DNA of 64,000 bases. It comes from Cyanophora paradoxa CCMP329. Its lineage: Eukaryota > Plantae > Glaucophyta. Under the pieces are notes generated by a model. It worked only from the letters and a program-made list of their open reading frames with translations, had not been told where the DNA came from and searched no databases. Where the stretch lies: assembly GCA_004431415.1 (NCBI GenBank), contig QPMI01000515.1, positions 186,001 to 250,000 of the forward strand, read 5' to 3'. This document shows positions 46,327 to 57,925 of the stretch, piece by piece. Positions within the stretch are counted from its first letter, which is position 1. Every line of letters starts with the position of its first letter. The translations under genes were made by a program, and so were the position numbers.

Positions 46327-49300
46327 ATGGAGGGCCCGAGCGGAGGGGCCGGGGCATCGCCCGCCGGCGTGCGGCTGCCCGTAGCAGCGGGAGAACTGCA
46401 AGTACCTGGAGCAGGGGCCGCCAGCCAACCGAGCACGCGCGGAGAAACAGCAAGGCAGCCGGACCTAGCTAACTTCTTCTCTGTGGTCGCCTTTGCTGCA
46501 GAACAGTTTCCCGAGGGCGAGGACGACAATGGTGCGCCTCTGCGCCCCGCTCTCCCCGCTTGTCCGCTGCGGACACACGGACACAGCGTGTCTGACTCTG
46601 CCTGGCCGCAGAGGAGGAGGTGCGGCAGAATCGTGTGCTCGAGTGGGCGCAGTACCAGCCTGCAGGTGTGCCTTCTGCTTGCTCCCTGCACCCGCTGCGG
46701 CCCCGCGTCCGCTGCTGACCAACCCCGCCTGACAGACTTGGAGATTCCGAGCTTCGTGGACTTCGCATCCACGCGGCCCAACACGACGCGGACGACCGCA
46801 ACGGCTCTGGATGCGGAAGGGAACCACCTTCCGCCCCAGACCCCGAAGACCACGCGCAAGCTCCGGGGCAAGGTCCGTCCGCGCCGCGCCGCGCCGCGCC
46901 GCGCCGCCTGTGTGCGCGCTCGTCCTGACGCGCACTACGCAGCTCGAGGAACTGACCTCCTCGGTCCGCTCAGCGATCGACGCGCGCGCGCTCGCGCGCC
47001 CGGCGCTGAGCTGAGCGCCGCGCTGCAGGTCGCTCGGGCCGGAGAGGACATCGAGCGGCTCGCGCAGAACTTCTACGGCGACGGTGCGTCGGGCCGCCCG
47101 CCCCGCGCCGTCGCTCCGGCGCCCCTCTCGAAGGGCGCTCACGGGCGGATACAGGGTACGACGTGGACGAGCATGTGAAGAGGCAGCGGGCCGCGGGGGC
47201 GGCGGCCGGCGTCGGCGTCGGCGGTGCGTGCGGGGGCGCCCCGCCCCCGGCGCGGCGCGCGGCGCGCCGACGCGGCCCCCGCAGGCGGCGCGCCGAAGCC
47301 CCCCGAAGCGGGCTCATATGAGGAGGACGATGAGAGCTCCCTCCCCTCCCGCGACAGCTCATATGACGAATCCGACGACGAGGATCTGGGTGCGCCGTAC
47401 CCTCCCCTCCCAAGTGGGGCCTTGTCGTACCCCCTGACGCCTTCGCCCCCGAAGACCCCGAGCCGGGCATGCCGATTCGGGACCGTTACGTCCCCATCTT
47501 CCCCACCCTTACCGAAACCGCGAGCCCGAAAGCCGACGTGAATCTCAAGTACGCGTACCCCTCCTCCCCGCATTGCGCGTACCCCTCGACTCACCTGCCC
47601 GCGCCTCTTCCGCAGGCGCTCGAGCCTGGCGCCGGGGGTCGTGACCGAGGAGGGGGTGGCGGACGAGATCGCGGGGTACGTGGAGGCCGTCGCGGACCTG
47701 GGTTCGAATCCCTGCGCCTTGTCCTTCCGTGGAGCTCCTCCTCTAACGCCGGCGGGGCGGCGGCAGGCTTCCCGCACGACCAGGTCACCCTGGCCAAGCA
47801 GCGGGTCATGAAGGGCGTCCGCGACGCCATTGCTTCCCGCGCCGAGCGTGCGCCCCGCCCGCCCCGCCCCGCCCCGCCCCCTCCCGCCCTCCCGGGCCGG
47901 ACCGCCGACGCGCCCGCAGACATGGACCCGCTTAGCGCGGTCTTCGACCACTACGAGCGCACCTTTGAGGCGGCGACTCTCTGGAGGGACCTGATGCTCC
48001 AGTGGCAGCGCCGCGGCTTCCTGGGCCGCTTCGTCGTCGGCATTTTCGCTTTCCTGGATTTCGTCTGCATGAACGCCTTCTCGTACACGTACAACTTCGT
48101 CGTCTCCGCCATCCTGGGCGTCGTTGAGCGGTGGTACAAGAACACCAGGAAGGTCCCGCCCTGCTTTGTCTGCACGGAGGAGGACCACACGGTCGTCAAG
48201 ATCAACCGTGCGCGCGCGCGCTCACGCACCGCCTCGCTTTGCGCCGCGCGGCCTTGACCGTAGACGGCCGGCGCGCAGACTGCGTGGACGGGAGCTGCAT
48301 GTGCGGGCTCTTCCAAGTCTCCATCGAGCTCTACCTCTACGAGCTCATCTACATCGCCGCCGCCAACTTCCGCATGCCCGCGTTCCTCGCCTACCTCTAC
48401 CACACTTCCCACAAGGCGAGCCGACCGTCCTCTACTCCGGATCCGCTCGGCCGTCTTCTTACGGGCCCCCTGCTTCGTTCGTTCGCTCGCAGCTGCTTCG
48501 GGAGGACCCGGGGGCTTGGGGCGAGTCGATGGTGGACATGAGCGGGGCGACGACGTCCCGCTTCAACGGCGCCTTCACCGCGCGGAGCGGGGCCGCGACC
48601 ACGCGGTTCGGCGGGGCGCCGACGAACACGGGCGCCATGACCGCGCGCACCGTCCAGGTCCGAGTGCTCCTTCCCGTCCCGTCCTTTCTTTCCGTTCTTC
48701 TCTTAATGGCGTCGCGCAGGTGCTGCAGGACCTTAAGGAGGCGGCGCTGACGCCCGGCAACTACGTGGAGCAGGAGATCCGCTTCTGGCACGCGGTGATG
48801 CTTGAGTCCAAGAAGATGCGCGAGGCCAAGGCATCCCAGCAGGACTACATCACGTACGCCGGTGCGGAAGCCGCTCCCACGAAGCCGCGATGGCTTCGTC
48901 CTCTTTCGGAGTGTTCTATCTCACTCCCCGACAGACCTCAACGAGCTGTACAGCTGCCCGAGCGTCGTGTGGGGCGACGGCGACTGCGAGAAGTTCGCGT
49001 GGACGCGCCTCAAGGCCGAGGCGCTGAAGTACAAGAAGAAGATCAAGCTGGAGACGGGCCAGCACCAGTACATCGCGCTGAAGACGCACGGCGAGCGCTC
49101 GCGGGACCAGTGGTTCATCCCGGGCCTCTGGTCCATCCTCTACAACGTTTTCCCCTGCATCCACACCGGTGCGCCACCACCGCCGCCGCCGCCGCGCAAC
49201 GCGTCGTCAACGGCCACGGCCGCGGATCGCGTCGCGCGACTCGACGCGACGGCTGAGACGTCGCTCGCGCATTTCCAGGCATCCTGACCCTCATTCTGCA

Positions 49301-52300
49301 CATCATCTACACGTTCCAGCTGGACTGGTGGCTGGTGGCCGTGGCGCACGCCGTCTGCCTGGGCGTCAAGGTCGGACCCGCGTCTCGTCTTCGCCGTCGA
49401 TCTCTGTTTGAATCCTCTGAGCGTTGTCCTCCGCGCGCAGTTTCTGGGGTGGCTCGTCTTCCAGCCCCCGCTTGGGAACCTCAAGTGGACCGTTCTACGA
49501 ATGGACTCCAAGGTCCGAATGGACTCCTCCGATCGGCCCCGCGCCCGATCCGTCCTGTCTCCCTCAGCACCCGTCCCGCCCCGCCCAGATCCGATCGCTG
49601 GACGGAGAAACCGCCCGCCGCGTCTTCGTCCGCACGGTGCGCCCCGCGCCGCTCGCTGCGCGCCGCCGCCGTCGGGCGGGCGGACGTGACGACGTTGACC
49701 GAGCCCGCCCCGTCAGATGGCGTGGGCCGTCGCGACCGGCACGGCCGTCATCATGGACCAGTACCTCATCTTCGACCGTGTCAAGGTTCGCTCGTTTGCC
49801 TAGCGTTCGTTCGTTCGCTCGAACGCGCGCGCGTCTGACCGGCCCGGCCCGCCCCGCCTCGCAGATGTCGACGCTGTTCCAGATCGGGTGCGCGGAGCCG
49901 TACGGCAACACCATCGACGTGCTCCCGAACCTGGTGCGCGAGGGCGCGGCATTCCTGGCGCCGGCGCTGACTCCGGCCGCTCGCGCGCTTCGTTTGCTTC
50001 GTTCGCAGTGCCCGGACGTGCTCGAGAACTCGGTTGTGAAGGAGCTCGACGCGGCGTTCAAGGCCCGAGACGTGGCGGAGGTGCGCGAGCGCGCCCCGAT
50101 CGGATCGAACCCGAGCGGGCCCGCCGCTCGCTTAACTTGGCGCAGCCCAACTCGCGGGCGTACGAGGCGGCGGTGGCCGACGTGATCCGGCTCCTCCAGT
50201 TCGTGCAGCCGCAGCTCTACTGCCCCTTCAACGACATCAACTGCCCCGTCGTCGGCCTCTTCCAAGTCTGCCAGGTCCGCTTCCCTCTTCCTTTGTATTT
50301 TTGAACGGGATTGGGCGTGCTATTTATAGATTATAACCTTCCCGGCAGGTGTGGAAGGGCGAGCCGAGCCGGCGGTACCTCCTGACCCTCTTCAACGACC
50401 TCTGCATCACCGTCAACGGGTTCAACTCCGAGAAAGTCCCGTTGCTGGCCGCTTTCCTGACCTTGTGCGCTACGCCTACGCCTTCTTCTCTCTTCCTCCC
50501 TTGCCTCTGCTGATGAGCGCCGGCGCGGGCGCCGCAGCGTCTGGCTCCCCGAGCTCATCCGCTTCACGGTCTCCTCGATGGCCGTCTACAATTTCGTGAT
50601 CAACATGCTCTCCTGGCTCTACGGCGCCATCGAGGGCTACTCGTCGCTCACATCGTACACGGACGCCCGCCGCTACTTTCTCCTCGCCAAGCAGCGCTTC
50701 AAGGACCGGCTCTGCCCTGAGTACCGATGGGAGAAGAACCCGGCCAACGGCCGCCCCGAGCGCGTCGTCCTCCTCGACCGCGACAAGGAGGCGTACTGGC
50801 GCCGGGTGCGCGCTTCCCTTCCGCCCCGCCCCGTTCTTCTCATGCCAAGCTGATTCTTCCTGTCGATCGTCCACAGTCGTGGGACCTGTTCGTCGACAAC
50901 CTGCAGCAGCGAATGCTGCTGACTGAGAAGGAGGCCGGAAAGCTGAAGCCGTGGCGCTACAAGAAGGGCATAGGCGTCGACGAGATGCCCGAGGAGGCGC
51001 CGGCCAGCGGCGAGGCCGTCCGCCGCATCTGCTCGTACCTCTCGGGCCTGCGGATGGACCTGCCCCGCGTCTGCCCCTTCGAGCGGCAGAAGTCGCTCAC
51101 GGTCCTCATCCCCGCCGGCGAGGAGTTCGTTATGTACCAGACGAGGGACCTGCTGCAGGCCGACTCGTCGGGCATCTCCTGCCTTGAGCACATCGTCCAC
51201 AAGCGGCCCATCGAGTGGAAGGCCTTCCTGAAGGACAAGGCCGCCACCGCCGTGACGGCCGAGCACCGCCTCATCCTCAAGCAGCTCGGCGAGGTGCTGG
51301 ACTCGAACCTGCAGGGCGACCTGCTCGTTCTCTGGGAGCGCGTCCCGCAGCCGATCCGCGAGAACATCCGGCTGTGGGCGTCGCTGCAGTACCAGCCGGT
51401 CGCGCGCACCGTCTACGGCGTGATGACGTACATCGAGGCGTACGGCGTCATGTGCTCGGCGCAGCACCCGACGTGGGACGAGGCGGACGTGGACGCGGTG
51501 GTCTCCTCCAAGCTGCAGATCATCCTCGCGTACCAGAACTTCCAGTCGGCGAAGGAGTCCCACTACAAGTTCGAGGCCGCCAAGCAGTCCGGCACCATCG
51601 AAGACCTCGAGGAGCACGGTACTAAGATACTTTGTAGAAGAACACAGCTTGGTTTCCTCACCATGTTATCGCGCCGCGGCAGAGCTGGTGCGCCTTGAGG
51701 AGATGTCGCAGAAGTACAAGGACCTCTGCTTCATGATGACCGAGTTCCCCGCCCTCCGCATCGTCTTCATCGAGAAGAAGGTCCGTTTTTGACGCAGTTG
51801 TTTACGTCTTAGTGGTTTTAACGTTCCGCTAGGGCAACACCTTCTGGTCGGTGATGATCGGGCACAAGAGCTGCCTGGGCGACGACGGCGAAATCGTGGC
51901 GCCCAAGACGCCGCGGGCCGGCGCCGGGGGCAAGAAGAAGTCGCTCTTCTCCTCCAACCGAGACGAGGAGGACGCCTTCCCCGACATCGTCGAGCTCGGC
52001 CGCCTCAAGGTGCTTCAATGTTTCTTTCTTCTTATACGTCCTCCGTCATAAACAGCAAATGATGTCTGACGCCGGTTTTCGGTCCCGCGCGGCAGCTGCC
52101 CGGGGAGGTGCTGCTGATGTACCCGAAGGGCGAGAACCAGAACCACACGCTCTCGTTCTGCATGGACCAGGTCATCCAGACGCTCGACTCGAACCAGGAC
52201 TGGTACGTCGAGGAGTCCTTCAAGACCCCCGCCGCCCTCCAGCACTTCAACGACCCCCGCTGCCGGGTGCGACGGCGCCGAACGCCGTCGATCTCGACGC

Positions 52301-55300
52301 TTCTTTCGCCGTTCTTGACGCGTTTCTCGGCGTCAGATGATCGGTTTCCCGGAGTTCGTCTTCACAGAGTCGTGGAACATCGTGGGGATCATGTCGGGCC
52401 TGCAGGAGCGCATGTTCAACACGCTCACGCAGCGCGGCTATGCCTTCCTCGACATCCGCAACCACTACGGCCACCCCGACTTCCACGACGCGTACTTCAT
52501 CCGCCAGTTCGGCGGCCTCTCCCACACGCACTACGTGTCCGAGGACATCTTCCAGGGCTACAACGTCAACCTGCACGGCCAGCGGATCGTGCAGGTCGAC
52601 TTCATGGAGGGCGGCAAGGCCCGCGACTGCTCCATGCTCGCCACGACCAAGTTCCAGAGCAAGATCTCGCAGGGCGCGGCGCAGATGGGCCTCTCGCGCG
52701 AGTACGCGTACATGCTCAACGCCCGCAACATCGGGCCCATCAAGCGCAGCCTGCTCTACAACACGACGATCGGCCCGTTCCTCGGGTCGGGCCTCGTCGT
52801 CAAGCTGGCCGTCTTCGCCCTTTCGCTCTGCCACTTCGGCATGTGGCTCATGCGCGAGCACGTGACGGAGGCAGACGTTGCCGTCTTCCTCCCCTTCCCG
52901 TGGACGTGGCAGCTCGGCTGGTTCCTCCAGATGGGCCTCGTCGAGCTCCCGCCCTTCTTCCTCGAGATGATCCAGCAGCGGGGCTTCTTCAGGGGCATCT
53001 GGGAGGGCGTCAACTCGCTCGTCCCGCTCGGCTTCTACTCGGTCTTCCACCACATCACGAAGGCGTCGGGCTTCCTCGCCGGCCTCAAGTCCAACGCGGC
53101 GTACATCCCCTCCGGCCGCGGCTTCGGCCTCACCCACGAGAACCTCAACACCCTCGTGCGTCGTCGCCCTCGCTTTTCTCTCTCTTCTTCGCTCACTCTT
53201 CTTCTTCCTCTCAGCTTGACGCCTTTTGGGACTCGCACTTCCGCTACGCCTTCCTCCTCTTCGCCTTCACGTTCATCTCCTCCGTCAACGAGAACCCCGA
53301 CGCCGCCCTCCGGTGCCGCCCTTCCTCCCCAGAGCTTAGGGGTTCTTTGGCGCCGGGGAGCTGAGGCCCGCCGTAATCTTAATCTTAAGCTTAAGCTTAG
53401 CCGCCCGCCCTCAGTCTTGAGCTTGAGCCTGGGCCTGACGTCCGCCGCCTCGTCCGCAGCGGGGGCCTCCTGGGCGCCTTCTTCGTGTTCGCCTCGTGCT
53501 TCATCGTGGTCTTCCTCTTCAACCCGGGCTGCTTCCCCTTCGGCGGCTTCTCCATCACCAACGTCCGCGCCATGCACCGCGTCGACATGAAGTCCTTCTT
53601 CGAGAACAAGGTCCTTACTTCCCTTCTTTTCTTGGGATCTTTAGGTCTTGTAGCCTTTAATTTAACTATGATAAGCGTTTTCTGAGGACAAGGTCCGCCG
53701 CCGCCGTCCAACCTTTCTCTCCTTTGTTCCTTGATCTTTTTAGATCTTGTAGCCGTCAGCCAACTAATAGGCTTTCCTCCACCGTTAGGCCCACCCCATT
53801 TCGGCCCGCCCACTCAGCCGTTAGTCAGCTATAATAAGCTTTCCTACTTTCCTACTGCGCGTTTCCACCGGGTCTCGCTCGCCGCTCACCTCGGGTCTCC
53901 CCTCCCCCGCCGCGCGGCAGCTGGTGCCGCCGGCGTTCAAGTTCACGCGGGCGTACATGGGCGCGCACATCACCGCCTGGTCCTCCTTCGTCTTCAACCT
54001 CTCCCGCGTCCTCCACGGTGAGCGAGCGAATAGTAGAAAAGAACCGCTTACATAGAACGGTCATAGTGAATATATAAAAAGAATGGATCATAGTGATATA
54101 GTATATAAAAGAATGGATCATAGTGATTAACTGTTAAAGAACCTCTCCCGCGTCCTCCACGGTGAACTCCGCCGTCGAAAGACACGCTAGAGATTCGCGC
54201 ATCAAAGCACAAGAAGACTCGCATTACGCACGAGCGACTTACATGACACCGCCTCCCTCCCTCCCTCCCCCGCAGTTCTCTTCTTCTACGTGGACAAGTC
54301 GCTGCGGATCATCGTCGGGGCGGCCGCCGCCTTCGTGCAGCGCCTACTCTCCGAGATCTTCCACCTCGTCCTCCTCTACCATCCCACCGGTGCGCTTCCG
54401 CGCCGCGCCAAAAGAAAGCGAGAGCATAGGAGACGCCCGTTCCCGCGGCCTCTTCGGGCCTTCGGCTAGAAAGACTACACGGCTAGAAAGACTACGGCAG
54501 TTAGTTAGTTGGTTAGTTGGATAGGTTCGGGGGTTCCTCGCTCGCTCACGCCGGTCGCTCACGTCGGTCGCTCACGCTAGCTATCTAGCTAGCGCCCCCG
54601 CGACGCCACGCCCGCGAGGGACCTAGATCCCTCGCTTCCATCCAAGGGCTTCTTCCTCGGTCCATCCATCCCGCGGCTTGGGGGTTACTATCGCTAGACG
54701 GTCCACTTCGTCAGTCAGTTAGTTAGTTCGGCGAGTTGGCGACCGCGCGCGCGACGGGCTTCGGCGTCGGTCGCTCACTTCTTCCCACACGAGAAACGCC
54801 CGCCCGTTCCCACGGCCTCTTAAGCTTTTGGCCCTCGAATCCGGCTAGAAAGCGATCGAGCGATCGGCTTCTTCGTCTCTCACGTCGGTCGCTTCGCAGG
54901 CCCCGGGTCGACGGCGTACGTGGTCGCCGAGATGGGCTTCCCCAAGATGTGCGAGCGCACCGGCTCCCTCATGAAGGACCTCGCCCACATCAAGGACGAG
55001 ATGGGCAAGGTGCTGAAGCGAAGCGCGAAGCGCGAAGCGATAGATGCCTGTGTTAACCAGAAACGCGGCCTATGAACTTTACCTAAATAGCTATAAACAA
55101 GGACGAGATTGCGGGCGTCGTTCCCCGAGGCCCCCCATCTCTGACGCTGACACCCGCACCCGCGCGCACCCGCAGCTGACGGCCTACTCGACGATGGACA
55201 TCCGCGTCGACAACATCGAGCGCAAGCTGACGCGCGTCGAGCGGGTCGTGCAGGTGAGAAGAGAGCAATCCACCCGCCTTGTGCTCCGACCTGAACTCAG

Positions 55301-57428
55301 CGCAGGGCCTGGAGGGCCTGTCCAAGAGCCCGAGCCTGCGGACCTCGCTGGGCGCGAGAAAGGCCAGCCGCGCCACCATCGCCTCGGTCCGTGCCTGCCC
55401 GTCTTCTTCTCTCTGTCCGGGACGGCTGCCTGGCTGGCTGGCTACCTGGCTGGCTGGCTGGCTGGCTAGAGGAGGGGGCGCCTCCCGCCTTCCTTCCTTT
55501 CGCCTTCCACTGCGTTTCTTCTTTCTCACCCACGAACTCGTCAGGCCTCGGCGGTGTCGCTGCTCTCGATGCCGGCCTCGCACTCGAACGGGCGCGCGGG
55601 GCCGGGGGCCTGGGAGCGCTTCAAGAGGGACCGAAAGGCATCCGGGGGCAGCGGCGTCTGGGAGGAGCTGCCGCCGTCGGCCGCGTCGGCGATGTCGGCC
55701 GCGTCGGCGGCGCCGCCGCCCAAGCGCCCCTTGTCGCTCCGGTTCGGGGACGAGGAGGAGCGCGGCAGGGGCGAGCCCTCTGGCGGGGCCGGAGGCCTCC
55801 GCAGCAAGTCGACGCCGGAGCTGGCGCTCGGGGCCGGGGCGGGGGCGGGTGCGGGCCACGATAGTTTCGGCCCCCTGCTCCACCGCATCGCCGAGAGCGA
55901 GCACGGCGGCGGCGGCGGCAGCGACGCGCCGGTCCGCTCCTTCATTTATACTAACGAACTTCTTACTAATCTTATAACTTCTAACTTCAAAACAGGTTGG
56001 CGACCGCGACCACGACCACGTCGCGGCATCCTTCGACGACTTCCTCAAGAACCTGCGGGCCCGGCGGGCGCGGAGCCAGCCGCTGGAGGCCCTCCGCTCC
56101 TCGAGCAACAGCCTCTCGCTGGACGCGGCCGCGTCGCCCCGGTCGCGGGCGCGGGCGCGCTGGCGCATGCTGGCCGTGGCCGTCGCCGGGCACACGCACG
56201 ACGCCCAGGTGCCTTCCTTCGCCCCTCGCCTCGCCCCTCGCCCTCGCCTCGCCCGCGCCGGCTTTGTTAGTGCCCGTCCTCTCTTGCGAGCCTCGTCTGA
56301 CGCGCGCCCCGCCCCGCCCCGCCCCGCCCCGCCCCGCCTCGTCGCAGCTGGGCCTGCGCCGCCGCCGCAAGTTCTCCTTCGCGGACATCGCAAAGGTCCG
56401 CTCGGATCAGATTTGATCCGCTCAGATCTGATCTGATCTGATCTGATCCGATCCGATCTGATCCGTCCCGTCTATGACAGGCGGTGGTCATGAAGAAGAA
56501 CTTTGCGAAGCGGTCGGCCGGCCGCTCCCTCGCCGCCGATACCGCCAAGGTCCGCTCAGATCAGATCTGATCTGATCTGATCTGGACCGATCTGATCTGA
56601 CTTCGGGCGTAGGACGCCGGCGCCCGCAACCGCGCCAAGGACGCCGCCCGCGGCATGATCAAGCGCCAGATCCGCTCCCAGGTCCGCTCAGACGCTCAGA
56701 TCTGATCTGATCTGATCTGATCTGATCTGATCTGAGCGTACTTCTTCCCCGTCGTACAGGCGCGCCAGATCCGCGCGGGGCAGACGCTCAACGCGACGGC
56801 CGTCGATCGCGACGGCGGCGCGAGCGAGACGCACTCGGTCCGGTCCATCGGCATCCGCTCGGACGGCGCGGCGCTGGCCGCAACCCGCGAGCGGGAGCGC
56901 GAGCGGGAGCGCGAGCGTGAGAGCGGCGGCGCCGGCGCCGGGGCTGGCATGGGAACCCTCTCCACCCATGGCCTGGGCCTCCCCTCGACGTCCTTCTCCG
57001 CCTCTTCAATCGGCCCGGCGCCGCCGGAGGGCCCCACCGGCGGCCGCCTCTCGGTCAACGCGGGGCGCTCGGGCCGCAGCGGCGCCTCCCGCGCCTCTCG
57101 CTCCTCCTCGTTCCTCGGTACCCTCGGCGCGCTCTTCGGGAGGGGTACAGGCGCAGGCGAGGCGAGCGACGCCGCGGCGGCGGCTGCGGCCGCCGCCTCG
57201 GCCACAGTGGCCGCCCTCCCGCCGCGGCCGCCTGCCAGCATCACCTTCGGGCGCCGCGCCGAGCCCGCCGCCGCCCCCGCCGCTTCCGCCGCCGGCGCCG
57301 CCACGACTCAAGACGTGCTCTCAGATTCTGGCGCCGGCGCCACTGCGGCGCCGGCGGCCGGGGAGGGCGCCCGCTCTTCCACCGGGAGCGCCAGCAACGG
57401 GCCCCGGGACGCCGCCTCCCTCCTGTAA
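46327..57428 (+). CDS. 1,3-beta-glucan synthase (GT48; callose synthase/FKS family), multi-exon
   Basis: Family motifs in order: KSLTVLIP, LWASLQYQPVARTVYGVMTY, KGENQNH, TLDSNQDWYVEESFK, GFPEFVFT, RNHYGHPDF, SEDIFQGYN, GKARD, SKISQG, YIPSGRGF. Multiple TM exons. Start codon uncertain. Confidence 0.93.
56396..56760 (+). repeat. (GATCT)n microsatellite in three consecutive introns
   Basis: Introns starting at ~56396, ~56550 and ~56682 all begin GTCCGCTC(A/G)GA and contain GATCT repeats. Confidence 0.85.
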
Positions 57429-57925
57429 ACTCCCAAGACATATTGATGATTGCATCGCAGCTGCAGTTCCCTATTTATGTCTCTCCATGTTAGCCAGCCA
57501 CAGGCAGCGATCTAGGCTAGTCAGCCGGCTGCAGTTAGGCGAGTCAGCTAGATAGCGTGAGCCAACCAGGACAGTCAGCCAAGGTAGGCACGCTGCACAG
57601 CCCTTTAGCTTACGCGTCGTACTACGTTTCTCTGCATCCAGTTTCCCTTTTCGCCAGTTTCATGTTCTGTACATTCTCGAGCTCTCTCGTTTTTAAGTAA
57701 GGCGCCGATAATTGAATTTCAAACTGTACTTCAGAAATACGATGCCATCTACGAGCTTGCCGAGAGCTAGTCTGGGCTCTTACATGCGATGCTTCATTTA
57801 TACTGCAGAATCCAAAAGACGGATGACATAAAAGACGCGATCGATATCGATATCCTTACATCCTTACATTTCGCGATCGATATCGATATCGATCCCCCAG
57901 ACCGCGGGGGGGTGCAGCCTCCAGG

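Noticed and set aside
50673-53137. Minus-strand ORFs of 296-314 aa opposite the glucan synthase
   Set aside because: They are antisense shadows caused by strong GC3 codon bias in the large exons.
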